Below are positions 19,468 to 29,015 of a DNA stretch of 64,000 nt, piece after piece. Numbering within the stretch: the first letter of the stretch is position 1; the number at the start of each line of letters is the position of its first letter. The position numbers and the translations under genes were made by a program. This stretch comes from a virus, in the IMG/VR virus record IMGVR_UViG_3300009702_000023, positions 1-64,000 of that record. One strand, given 5' to 3'. The notes under the pieces were generated by a model, which saw only the letters and a program-made list of their open reading frames with translations, had not been told where the DNA came from and did not search any database.

Positions 19468-20388
19468 ATGCATAATTTAAAACTATACCCATATAAAATG
19501 GCCAGCGAATCTGGAAAAGACTTATCCCGACTACTTGGTATTAAACGGGTAAAACCAAATGGGAATTATGTGCCGAAAAGGGGCCATACTGTTGTAAATT
19601 GGGGAAATAGTCGATTTCCCGATTGGCTTGAACTAGCAAATAGACGAAACGTAACTATCCTAAATGATGTTGGTGCTGTAGGAAATGCTACCAATAAACT
19701 TACCACTTTGAGAATTTTAAATGAAGCAAGGGTAAATATTCCACGGTTTACAGTAGATAAGCAAAGTGCTATGATCTGGTTAGAAGATTGCAATACCGTT
19801 ATAGAACGACACAAATTGACCGGAAATAGCGCAGAAGGCATTCGGGTTGTAAATATAGATGATCCTGATATGCCTAGCGAATTAAATGATGCCCCACTTT
19901 ATACTAAATTTATTCCTAAATCTAATGAATTCCGTGTTCATGTTTTTCGTGGAGAAATTATTGATTACCGCGAAAAAAAGAAACGAAAATTAGAAAATCG
20001 CCCAGAGAATTTTAATAAATATATTTCTTCTCATACTATGGGCTGGGTTTTTTGTAAAAATAATATTAAACATATTGATAGTGTCAAAGAAGAGGCAATT
20101 AAAGCGGTTAATGCTTTGGGCCTTGATTTCGCTGCGGTTGATGTTATTTTTTATGAAGGCACCCCATATGTATTAGAGGCAAATACTGCGCCCGGAATTA
20201 TGGGTACAACTCTAGCAATATATGCTAATACTTTTCGAAATTTTATGGGCCTACCCAGTATTGAAATTATAAATGATAATAATGTAACTTCCGAAGCTGT
20301 CGTCGAGACATTAGACTCCGGTTTAGTTACCTTAACACTCGATTATACTACGGCAAGAAAACTGAAGGCATTACTTGCTGATGTATAG
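19468..20388 (+). CDS. ATP-grasp ligase (RimK-like, phiEco32-type)
   Basis: VVNWG, NKL, EFRVHV, ALGLDFAAVD, VLEANTAPG. Confidence 0.85.
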   Translation: MHNLKLYPYKMASESGKDLSRLLGIKRVKPNGNYVPKRGHTVVNWGNSRFPDWLELANRRNVTILNDVGAVGNATNKLTTLRILNEARVNIPRFTVDKQSAMIWLEDCNTVIERHKLTGNSAEGIRVVNIDDPDMPSELNDAPLYTKFIPKSNEFRVHVFRGEIIDYREKKKRKLENRPENFNKYISSHTMGWVFCKNNIKHIDSVKEEAIKAVNALGLDFAAVDVIFYEGTPYVLEANTAPGIMGTTLAIYANTFRNFMGLPSIEIINDNNVTSEAVVETLDSGLVTLTLDYTTARKLKALLADV

Positions 20389-20410
20389 ATTAATACTCCT
20401 ATTAGTTGTT

Positions 20411-20442
20411 TGCTGCCCCGGAAAAGGAATTCTGGGGTAGTA
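20411..20442 (+). terminator. Hairpin terminator after the ATP-grasp gene
   Basis: TGCTGCCCCGGAA...TTCTGGGGTAGTA stem. Confidence 0.6.
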
Positions 20443-20608
20443 ATTTAACTGATATAAAAAGGATTTAAAAAATGATTAGTATAATAATAGCATTATCAAT
20501 AATTACAATAATCTCTTTATTAATTACTCAATTAGTAATGAGTGTAAATGATTTATATGATAAAATATATGAATTAGAATATTATATTAATGATTTGGAG
20601 GCTTTTAT

Positions 20609-22656
20609 ATGTGGCGAATGATATTAATTTGTTTATTTTGTATTGGCTGCGGAAGTTTAAATTCAAAAAATACAAGTTATCATATTTGGCAGCTTAAAAA
20701 ATATAATCGGCAAATGACATCTATTGAAAAGGTAACATTTAGTGGGTGCAGTTCAACTGTAATTGATATTAAAAGAGGGCCAATCCACTATATAGTTGTT
20801 ATATGTAAAAATTCAATTAAATTTATTCCGGGAATAGGGCGATAATGATTTTATTATCAACAAGTGACTATTTCCACCAAATCGGAAGGATTTCAATACC
20901 CATGGATGGGTTTTTATTTTGGTATATTATAATTGGTATTATATTATTAATAATCATAAGGAGTTAATATGGATAATGTTGTATTGTTGGGAAGTTTAGT
21001 TGCAGTTTTTAGCGCAGTTGCTGGATTTTTATTCCGAGGTTTATTTGGGTCAAAAGGAAAATTAAATAAAGAATTAATCAATGCTGTAGCTTCGGGAAGA
21101 GAGGTAATGATTTTAATTGATCGAGAGGGAGTCGCATATAAAAAAGAAAATAATAAACTCAATACTTATCGTATTGTATTAGGTGAAGAAGAAAATGTCA
21201 ATAATTAATATGGTATGGTTATTCTGTGCAATTTTTAATATAGTGGATTTTGTTTCTTTTTTGTTGACAAATATCTCTAAACATAGTAAAGTAAATTATG
21301 GATGGGCGTTATTTTTTTCAATTTTTGCATTATTATTAGGCCCAGTTTGGACACTTGGTGTCATTTACTATAAAGGAGTAATACAATGAAAACAATTGAC
21401 AATGTGATAGAAGAAATAATGGCCAATTCTGATAAAAAAGAATTTAAACTTGATATTACGGGATTAAATCCTGTAGATCGGGCAACTATTATTGATGGTT
21501 TGGAATGTGAAGGTTTTTTGGTAGACACATATCACGGTAGTGATTATTTGGAGGTTCATAAATAATGGATGGATTTTATACATACCCTAATAGAACAATA
21601 TGTGACGTATTAGAAGAAATGCGAAAATTAAATAAAACTCGAAATTATTCTGCTTTAGCTGGATTAATTGAAGAAATTCAATCTATGGCAAATAAGATGG
21701 AAGCCGCGTTAGGTGATAAAAAAGATGTAAAACTGTGGACTAAAAAACGTGCAAGTCTTAAGGAAGAAATTAAAAAATTAATTAAAATAAAAGAAGGACT
21801 AGATGAAAATAATAATTCTGACAATCGGACTGATGACAATTAGTTTTGCAAGTTTTTATCTTGGGGCTAATCATGGTTATACCATAGGTTATAAAACAGC
21901 AATTGCGAATAAAACTGTTGTAGGAATAAAAAATGGAAAAGTTGAGTGTCATTATATTAAATAGTTTGGTTGTTTTAAATGTGTGTGTTCCACCAAAAAT
22001 TATTAACACAACAAATGTTTGGAATAATTTCGATACAAGACAATTAAAATTTTCATTAACTAGGTGCCCATCATTATATAAGGATGCCCCTTGTCTTAAA
22101 TTATTTTGGAAATATGAAGAAAACAGCTATAGAGCTATATGCGGGAGAAATGAGAAATGAAATTTTTTACTATAAAACGGGGGGAAAATCGGTATGAAGG
22201 AATGTTTATCGCCCCTAATGAAATTGTGGCGCGAGAGATTGCCCGAAAAAATGGGTTTAAAATTGATGATGATACTGTATTCGAAGATGTGTCAGTTGAA
22301 AGAACCGAAGCTGAGAAAAAAAATAGCCCAATTCTAGGGGGAAGTAAATGAATTTATTAAATTTTAAAGCAAAAAATTGCGAATATTGTGGTGCTGTCTT
22401 AAATGGAAATAACCAATTAGAATTAGACAATCATTATACTTCTTGTAAAAAACGAAAAGAAAAAATTGATAAACTTATGAAAAAAAATAAAGATATTTTA
22501 GAAAAATTAGCAGATGGTTTAGATAATACATATGTTCGTCATTTAGAAGATGAATTATTACAATTAAAAGAAAAAATAAAAGAATTAACAAAAGAACGAG
22601 ATGCTGCTCGGCAAATCGCATATGAAGCAAAACACGGAGTATTTGAAAAACCATAA
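20609..22656 (+). other. Cluster of small hypothetical genes, several membrane or lipoprotein-like
   Basis: Tightly packed plus-strand ORFs with RBSs (20609, 20969, 21183, 21565, 21933, 22157, 22348). Confidence 0.55.
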
Positions 22657-22665
22657 GGAAATGTT

Positions 22666-22998
22666 ATGAATATAAATGAATTAGCAAATAAATGTTATGG
22701 AGATGCAAAATCTTTGGGTTGGTATGATGACAATAAAACTAAATCCGATGTAGAATCGTTAATGCTGACGGTCTCTGAACTATCTGAAGCAGTTGAAGAA
22801 CTTCGTAAACCTGAAACACAAATTGAGTATGAAGGTAAAAATGGTAAACCGGAGGGTTATGGTGTTGAACTTGCTGATGCCATAATTAGATTACTAGATT
22901 TAGCTGCCTTTCGGGGAATTGATATTGGCGGAATAATTGAACGGAAATTGGCTTATAATCTAAAACGCGGCTACCGTCATGGGAATAAAAAATATTAA
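22666..22998 (+). CDS. MazG-like nucleotide pyrophosphohydrolase
   Basis: SELSEAVEE, ELADAIIRLLD, KLAYN..RGYRHG.K. Confidence 0.85.
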   Translation: MNINELANKCYGDAKSLGWYDDNKTKSDVESLMLTVSELSEAVEELRKPETQIEYEGKNGKPEGYGVELADAIIRLLDLAAFRGIDIGGIIERKLAYNLKRGYRHGNKKY

Positions 22999-23648
22999 TG
23001 GAACTTGTATTTTTAAGTGATACTCATTATTGCCATAAAGAATTTGATGTTGGTCAAGGTGATGTATTAATTCATTCTGGGGATGCGGAAATTAACAGTA
23101 AAGATGCTTGTGTTAGTTTCGCCCAGTGGATGGATCAACAGAAATTTAAATATAAAATATTTGTTCCCGGAAATCATGATAGTTATTTAGCCGATAAAAC
23201 ACAAGAGGCTATTTCAATATTTCATGATTATGGAATTAATGTTTTAATTGATGATGGAATTAAAATTAATGACTATTTATTTTGGGGAACACCGTATGTG
23301 CCACAATTTGGTCGCTGGGATTTTATGAAAAAAGAAAGTGAACTTCTAGCTCACTACAAACAAATCCCACCAGAAGTAGATGTATTAATTACTCATGGCC
23401 CTCCGAAATATATCTTAGATCAGAATCATCGAGGTGATTGGTGTGGAAGTGAATTTTTATCACAATTAGTTATGCAAAAAAAACCAATTGTCCATGCTTT
23501 TGGCCATATACACGATAGTTATGGTTATAAAAGTTTTCATGATATTTTATTTATTAATTCGGCAGTAGCGCCAACATTTGATATGGGACCTAATGAGCCA
23601 ATCAGAGTTATCTTAGAATATAAAAAAGTAGTTGATATTATTTCTTAA
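22998..23648 (+). CDS. Metallophosphoesterase (MPPED-like)
   Basis: SDTH, HSGD, PGNHD, ITHGPP, FGHIH. Confidence 0.9.
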   Translation: MELVFLSDTHYCHKEFDVGQGDVLIHSGDAEINSKDACVSFAQWMDQQKFKYKIFVPGNHDSYLADKTQEAISIFHDYGINVLIDDGIKINDYLFWGTPYVPQFGRWDFMKKESELLAHYKQIPPEVDVLITHGPPKYILDQNHRGDWCGSEFLSQLVMQKKPIVHAFGHIHDSYGYKSFHDILFINSAVAPTFDMGPNEPIRVILEYKKVVDIIS

Positions 23649-24372
23649 GAAGTTTTTTCGGAACTATAACTTTTTTTTGTCCATAACCAAAACGATTTGC
23701 AATTCCAGGAAATTGATCATATAAATTTTGAGTTTCTTCTTGACCAAAGATGTTATTGAGATTAGTTTCTACTTTAGATTCCGGCAATCCTGCTCTATAT
23801 TGATTTATAACATTAGCTTTTATCGGACCTTCCTCTAAACCAGTTTGAATTACTTTACCATAATCTTTCGGGCCTTCTTCTAAGCCCTTTCTAATAACTT
23901 TCCCTAAAGCGGGTTCTTCTTCCAAACCAGTCCTAATAACTTTTCCCAAGGCCGGGGTTTCTTCTAAACCAGTTTGAATTAATTTGCCAAATTTTCCGCC
24001 CTGTTTAATAAATGGGGCGACAGCAGCTAGAGCTTTAACACCTTTACCAACTTCAGCTAATTTACCTAAAGGAGTTGGATCAAATACATCGGCACTTGTG
24101 GCAATGGCAGTTTTAATATATGGATTTTCTAAACCAGTTCGTTCTGCTATATCATAACCTGTGGGGGCTTCACTCGAAGGTCTCGTAAGTTGATGAGCAA
24201 ATGCTCGACCTGCGGCTAAAGGATCACTAGGGTTAAAGTCTTGTGCCGCATAAATGCCGCTACGAGATGCCGCCCCCATTCGATCAAGATAATCTAGGAT
24301 TTTATCTCCTACCCCTTGATTTTGGGATAATTGTTGTAGGGCTTTTTTCTTAGCATCTTTAGGATCAGCCAT
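23638..24372 (-). CDS. Late, probably internal virion protein with four ~14-aa repeats
   Basis: GK[LV]I[QR][TK]GLEE.P x4; in a late-motif operon. Confidence 0.55.
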   Translation of the reverse strand: MADPKDAKKKALQQLSQNQGVGDKILDYLDRMGAASRSGIYAAQDFNPSDPLAAGRAFAHQLTRPSSEAPTGYDIAERTGLENPYIKTAIATSADVFDPTPLGKLAEVGKGVKALAAVAPFIKQGGKFGKLIQTGLEETPALGKVIRTGLEEEPALGKVIRKGLEEGPKDYGKVIQTGLEEGPIKANVINQYRAGLPESKVETNLNNIFGQEETQNLYDQFPGIANRFGYGQKKVIVPKKLLKK

Positions 24373-24557
24373 TATTTTGCGCCTTTCATCTTTTTTCTTA
24401 ATTTAGCAAATCTTTTAGATTTTTTTTCTGGCAGACTTTTCGGAGATTGACCTTTGACATACTCTGCTGCTTTTTTTCTTGATAGGCCGGGGGCTTTAAT
24501 ACTTCCGTGGGCCACTCCCTGCATAAAACGAAATTGGGCTTTGGATTTAGCTGGCAT
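24372..24557 (-). CDS. Small basic protein
   Basis: MPAKSKAQFRFM...KRFAKLRKKMK. Confidence 0.7.
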   Translation of the reverse strand: MPAKSKAQFRFMQGVAHGSIKAPGLSRKKAAEYVKGQSPKSLPEKKSKRFAKLRKKMKGAK

Positions 24558-24727
24558 TATTTCTTTTTACCTTTGGCTGCTATTTTTTGGAATTTCTTTT
24601 TTCCATATTTTTTACGACCAATGGAAGCGGCAAGAGCTTCGGGGTGTTCTATGCCTTTTTGGCGTGATAATTGTTTTTTCAAATTAGAAAATCTTTTTCC
24701 GGAACCAAGTTTGGGTTTACGCGACAT
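24557..24727 (-). CDS. 56-aa small basic protein (not in ORF track)
   Basis: MSRKPKLGSGKRFSNLKKQLSRQKGIEHPEALAASIGRKKYGKKKFQKIAAKGKKK; GGAGG RBS. Confidence 0.75.
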   Translation of the reverse strand: MSRKPKLGSGKRFSNLKKQLSRQKGIEHPEALAASIGRKKYGKKKFQKIAAKGKKK

Positions 24728-24744
24728 AATACAATTCCTCCATT

Positions 24745-24760
24745 CATAAATATTTGTTAA
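24745..24760 (-). promoter_or_regulatory. Putative late promoter TTAACAAATATTTATG
   Basis: Exact motif. Confidence 0.75.
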
Positions 24761-24781
24761 TATATATAAAGAAACTATATT

Positions 24782-25216
24782 TTAAAATGTTTGTTTTTTT
24801 ACTCGGCCAAATAATTCGTCATTATAATAATCTCGATGGCGCTCATATTCAGAACCATTGATGTGATAAACCTCCATAATTGACGCTGGTCCGGTATGAT
24901 TACGATTTAGGTCACAATGGCCCAATTCATGAAATATTAATGTCTGTTTATCATTATCAGTAGTATTAAACCAGAATTCGGGATCAATTTGAATATATCT
25001 CTCGCCATTATCATAAATAGTACATAGACCTATAGTATGGCCCGGTAGTGTACTGAATAGCATAGAAATCTGTTTATTAATATATCCATGCTTTAATTTT
25101 TGATAATTAACTATGTATTTATTAAATGCCGGATCAATATTTGTATTATTTATTGAAGTAAATCCGGCGGTACAACCAATTAATATAAAAAATAATATAT
25201 TTAGGATTTTTTTCAT
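24782..25216 (-). CDS. Secreted/lipoprotein zinc metallopeptidase (metzincin-like)
   Basis: LIGC lipobox-like signal; HELGHCDLNRNH followed by SIM Met-turn. Confidence 0.75.
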   Translation of the reverse strand: MKKILNILFFILIGCTAGFTSINNTNIDPAFNKYIVNYQKLKHGYINKQISMLFSTLPGHTIGLCTIYDNGERYIQIDPEFWFNTTDNDKQTLIFHELGHCDLNRNHTGPASIMEVYHINGSEYERHRDYYNDELFGRVKKQTF

Positions 25217-25235
25217 TTTAGCCCCTTCTATTAAA

Positions 25236-25302
25236 AATGTACCACAATATTTTTATATTGTCAAGTATTTTTCTTGACAGATTATTTTATATGTGTTAAT
25301 GT
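25236..25302. promoter_or_regulatory. Back-to-back sigma-70 promoters
   Basis: TGTCAA (25259-25264) and TTGACA (25274-25279) form an inverted pair with AT-rich -10 boxes on each side. Confidence 0.6.
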
Positions 25303-25487
25303 TAATAACATAAAAGGAGATATTATGCTAACAGTTTATATATTATGTTCCTTTCTATCTAGTGATATGGTCACATTAAATAATGTCAACCTTGTTGCCA
25401 AAGAAGATTCAACCTATAAAATAGTTACCCCCGAAAAGGTGTATTATTTTCCAATAAACTCCTGCGCAATAAGTTTTAAGAGGAAAT

Positions 25488-25796
25488 ATGAAAAAAGGTG
25501 ATAAAGTAAGACATACCGTCAGTGGAAAAACTGGAATTATTATTAAAGTGGAGGCTAACCCATATATTATTATGGGCTCCCCACAATCTAGCTTATATAC
25601 TGTCGAATTTCAGGATAAATCAACTTTAGTCTGTTCTGCCGGGGACATATGGCCAGAAGATAATGGGGTGCTCCCGAAATCCGGAGATAATACACCCAAA
25701 GCCGGGGCTAATACAATTAAGAAAAAAACATGCAGTTGCGGGGTAAGCTCAGCCAGAGCCGGGGGCAGACATAGCGATTGGTGCGATTTATTTTAA
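25488..25796 (+). CDS. Hypothetical protein (SH3-like N-terminus, C-terminal CxCG...HSDWC)
   Basis: KKGDKVRH..SGKTG; CSCG...HSDWC. Confidence 0.55.
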   Translation: MKKGDKVRHTVSGKTGIIIKVEANPYIIMGSPQSSLYTVEFQDKSTLVCSAGDIWPEDNGVLPKSGDNTPKAGANTIKKKTCSCGVSSARAGGRHSDWCDLF

Positions 25797-26423
25797 CGGA
25801 GCCAACCACGTTTTTCGATTTAGCGATCACGCTTTATGGCACTTAATACATGATTAATGTGTTTTTTTAGGATATTTTTTTCATTTTTCTTTAAACATAT
25901 CAATAATTAATAAAAAATTGTGCCCACATAGACCCAACCATAATAATCAAAAATATGATCAATGATAAAAAGCCTAAATCTACGATTTTATTTAAGAATA
26001 TGTGTAAAAATCCGTAAATTATTGGCAAAATAAAAATGAATATTAAAACTATAAATACTACCATGTATAAAGTATATAATACTTCGATTAATTTGTCAAG
26101 ATTTATTATTTTGTGTGCTCCCGAAAGCATAATTGACCCACATATTGTGTCAATTACCCCCGATTCGCCCATATTTGGCCTGTACCAGGTTTTTAGTAGG
26201 TAAGACGGGTACTTATGTGCCTTTACTATTTTTATTCAATCTAGGGCATTCTAAGCCCTCGAACATGTATTAACTTAAAAATCTATTTTAAATTTTTTTC
26301 AGGATTTTATTTTATCTTAATGTTTTCAACATTATAGCCCCGATGTATTAAGTTTATTTTCCCCTATACGCGCTCTGAGATACTCAACGTAAACATCGAG
26401 TTCAAAGTAACCCTACCCCCCCC

Positions 26424-26569
26424 TGGCACAACAATTGCAATTACAAAATCCATACCAAAAAACAATCCTAAAATGAGACATAAAAAAGTTGGCATGAAAA
26501 TTGCTAATGCAAAGTCTGGGCCGGGAACTGGTGAGAATGTTGGTTGAGAATTTTGGCACGAAAATTGAA
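26424..26569. promoter_or_regulatory. Array of sigma-54-type (-24/-12) sites
   Basis: TGGCAC-N5-TTGCA (26424), TGGCAT-N5-TTGCT (26490), TGGCAC-N5-TTGAA (26554); reverse-strand sites at 26442-26457 and 26508-26523. Confidence 0.7.
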
Positions 26570-26611
26570 TGCAATCTACTTCAAAACTATACTGTCCACA
26601 AAAAATAATAT

Positions 26612-26638
26612 TAAAGTTTATATACATTGCGCCGATAT
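26612..26638 (+). promoter_or_regulatory. Sigma-28 (FliA)-type promoter before the first early gene
   Basis: TAAAGTTT-N11-GCCGATAT versus consensus TAAAGTTT-N11-GCCGATAA. Confidence 0.7.
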
Positions 26639-26671
26639 ATATGATATATTAAGTAAATCGGGAGAGATAAT

Positions 26672-27091
26672 ATGATCAAATATATAAATCAAATAATATT
26701 GAATGAGAGTCAAAAAATAAAATATATTGTCAAAGATGATGCACCAAATACATTTGAGAGCCTTGTAAACACTCCTAGCTTAGTTGTATGGTCGGGAGAG
26801 AGCCACAACACAATATTTCAAGATAAAACCGTCAATTGGGCATTTCGTGCGTTACATGATACGGTACATCTTGCAACTAGGATAGGGTTTGCTCCTGAAG
26901 AAGAAGTTAGACTGGCTAAAATTCAGGCAAATAAATACTCAAAAAATTGCCAACAACTAATTGCAGACTTAATATATATTGAAGTTGCGGAACAAGCCAA
27001 ATATTATAAACAATTTAATCAATTTCTAGGTGACAAACAAATACAATTCACTATGAAACATTTAAATAAATTAGGCTATGTATTTAATTAA
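26672..27091 (+). CDS. Early hypothetical protein
   Basis: NWAFRALHDTVH motif; GGGAG RBS. Confidence 0.55.
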   Translation: MIKYINQIILNESQKIKYIVKDDAPNTFESLVNTPSLVVWSGESHNTIFQDKTVNWAFRALHDTVHLATRIGFAPEEEVRLAKIQANKYSKNCQQLIADLIYIEVAEQAKYYKQFNQFLGDKQIQFTMKHLNKLGYVFN

Positions 27092-27106
27092 ACCGGGAGA
27101 AAAAAC

Positions 27107-27457
27107 ATGAAAATAATACTTGCGCTTAATACAGATCATCCAAGCGAAGAGGCTATAATTAAGTCACTAGACTTACCATATCAAAAACTAATTGGTTGTT
27201 ACAAGGGTCAATGTGAAGATAGCTATATGGTTGAATACAAAAATCTATGTGATTTATATAAAATTGTGGCTTTGGCTCAAAAACATAACCAAGAATCAAT
27301 CCTAAGTATTGGTGATGATCTTAGTTGTATCCTGAAATACATCAAATTGACTCAGGATGATGTTTCATTGGGAACATGGACTCAAGTACCCAAAGCTGAA
27401 GCATTCAACTGTGACGCTTGGAGCTTGATTGACGGTCAATATTATATTTGTAAATAA
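27107..27457 (+). CDS. SAM lyase/hydrolase (T3 SAMase-like anti-restriction protein)
   Basis: GCYKG..E.S, L...HNQESIL and G.W.QVPK...W...DG.YY match my recollection of the T3 SAMase pattern; early position. Confidence 0.7.
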   Translation: MKIILALNTDHPSEEAIIKSLDLPYQKLIGCYKGQCEDSYMVEYKNLCDLYKIVALAQKHNQESILSIGDDLSCILKYIKLTQDDVSLGTWTQVPKAEAFNCDAWSLIDGQYYICK

Positions 27458-27974
27458 AATAATCATAAGTTATGGATTGAATTTCATGAGTCAAATGAAG
27501 CCAAATGTTTAAGTAATATGTTAGATAATTTATCTAATAAAGATGAAGAAAAATTGAAAAATTATTTATTTTAATCAATGATTGAAAATCGGGAGATAAA
27601 TAATGTATAAACTAATTGCTTTAAATGATGGAACATGGGAGATTAAATTCTATTACAGCAATGGCATTCCTTGGAATAAATCATTTGTCAAGGCGACGCC
27701 AACGGATTGTTTAAGTATTGCTGCGGGTTTAGGCATTCATTTAGAACCCCAGCACAAAATATTATTAACGCTTGTTTAATTGTATTAAATATGTAATAAT
27801 CGAATAATATTAAACCGGGAGAAAAATAATGTCAGCAAAAATAATAGGCTTTAAAACAAAAAGATTGATTGAAAACCAAACCGAGTTAAATACTGAATTG
27901 TCTCTATGGGAGAAACAAAAACCAAAAAAGAGACGTCGTGTTAAATTATCATCTTTAACTTCCGGAGGTGTAAA

Positions 27975-29015
27975 GTGAAAACGGAGCTTAAGTTAAATAA
28001 AAACATAAAATTGAGTAAAACCCAATTGCATTATTACAATAAATTGTCGAGTAAAGACAAACAAAAATATCTATTGTCAAAATTGGGAGTGAAATTTGGT
28101 GTTCCTATGAAGGTTGATAAACTTCATAATTATAAAATTGATAAATTATGTCAAAAAGGGAGAAATAGCATATTGCGTCAATTTCGGGAGATAACTAATT
28201 GTTCCAGTTGTGCGGAGCACAAACCAATAAATGGACTTAAAGGTTCATTCTGGGTGGGAGTGGAAATTGAATGCAATATACCTGATTATATTGGGGAATG
28301 CACTGAATGTGGTGGAACTAGTGAGGTAACATGTTATGATTGTGGCGGTAATGGTTGTGAAGAATGTGGTGGTTATGGTGAAATTAATTGTCTCGAATGT
28401 GATAGCGGGAGCATGGGTTTTAATTATTTAAGAGACAAAATTAAACAAGCCGGGATTAGACGAGCTTCAGTGCGTCGAGATGCGTCTCTATGCTCAGTTT
28501 GTGGTGGGGTGGAGATTACCCTTCTCTTTAATGCTGCGCGTAGCTATGAGCCTCTCAGGCGCTTGTGCGACCTTTTGGGTGACCTAGATGCTGAAATTGA
28601 TTCTGATTGCGGTTTACATGTTCATTTAGATATGAAAGATAGGACAAAAAGACAAGTTATGTATATGAGTAAAAAAATAGAAAAATACATTATTCCTCTG
28701 TCTCTTATGGTCCCTGCGTCAAGACGAGATAATAGATATTGTAGATTAAAAGCCGGAGATATTGATAAACATAATGATAGATATAACGCAATTAATACTG
28801 ACTCGTGGAGAAAACATAAAACAATTGAGATTAGACTGCATTCCGGGAGCACTAATTTTAAGAAAATTAAGAATTGGATTGAATTATTGCGAAAAATTGT
28901 TAATAAACCCGGTCCTAAGGTTAAATTAAACGAAACTAATGAAATGATCCGACATTTGGGCATTAAATACCCATTGGCAAGATATATTAAACAGCGGGAG
29001 AAAAAACATGTGTAA
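27975..29015 (+). CDS. Amidoligase (COOH-NH2 ligase) with inserted CxxCxGxG zinc finger
   Basis: VGVEIE, RDASL, GVEI, CGLHVHLD, RYNAIN, TIEIRLHSGS.NF.KI.NWI. Confidence 0.85.
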   Translation: MKTELKLNKNIKLSKTQLHYYNKLSSKDKQKYLLSKLGVKFGVPMKVDKLHNYKIDKLCQKGRNSILRQFREITNCSSCAEHKPINGLKGSFWVGVEIECNIPDYIGECTECGGTSEVTCYDCGGNGCEECGGYGEINCLECDSGSMGFNYLRDKIKQAGIRRASVRRDASLCSVCGGVEITLLFNAARSYEPLRRLCDLLGDLDAEIDSDCGLHVHLDMKDRTKRQVMYMSKKIEKYIIPLSLMVPASRRDNRYCRLKAGDIDKHNDRYNAINTDSWRKHKTIEIRLHSGSTNFKKIKNWIELLRKIVNKPGPKVKLNETNEMIRHLGIKYPLARYIKQREKKHV

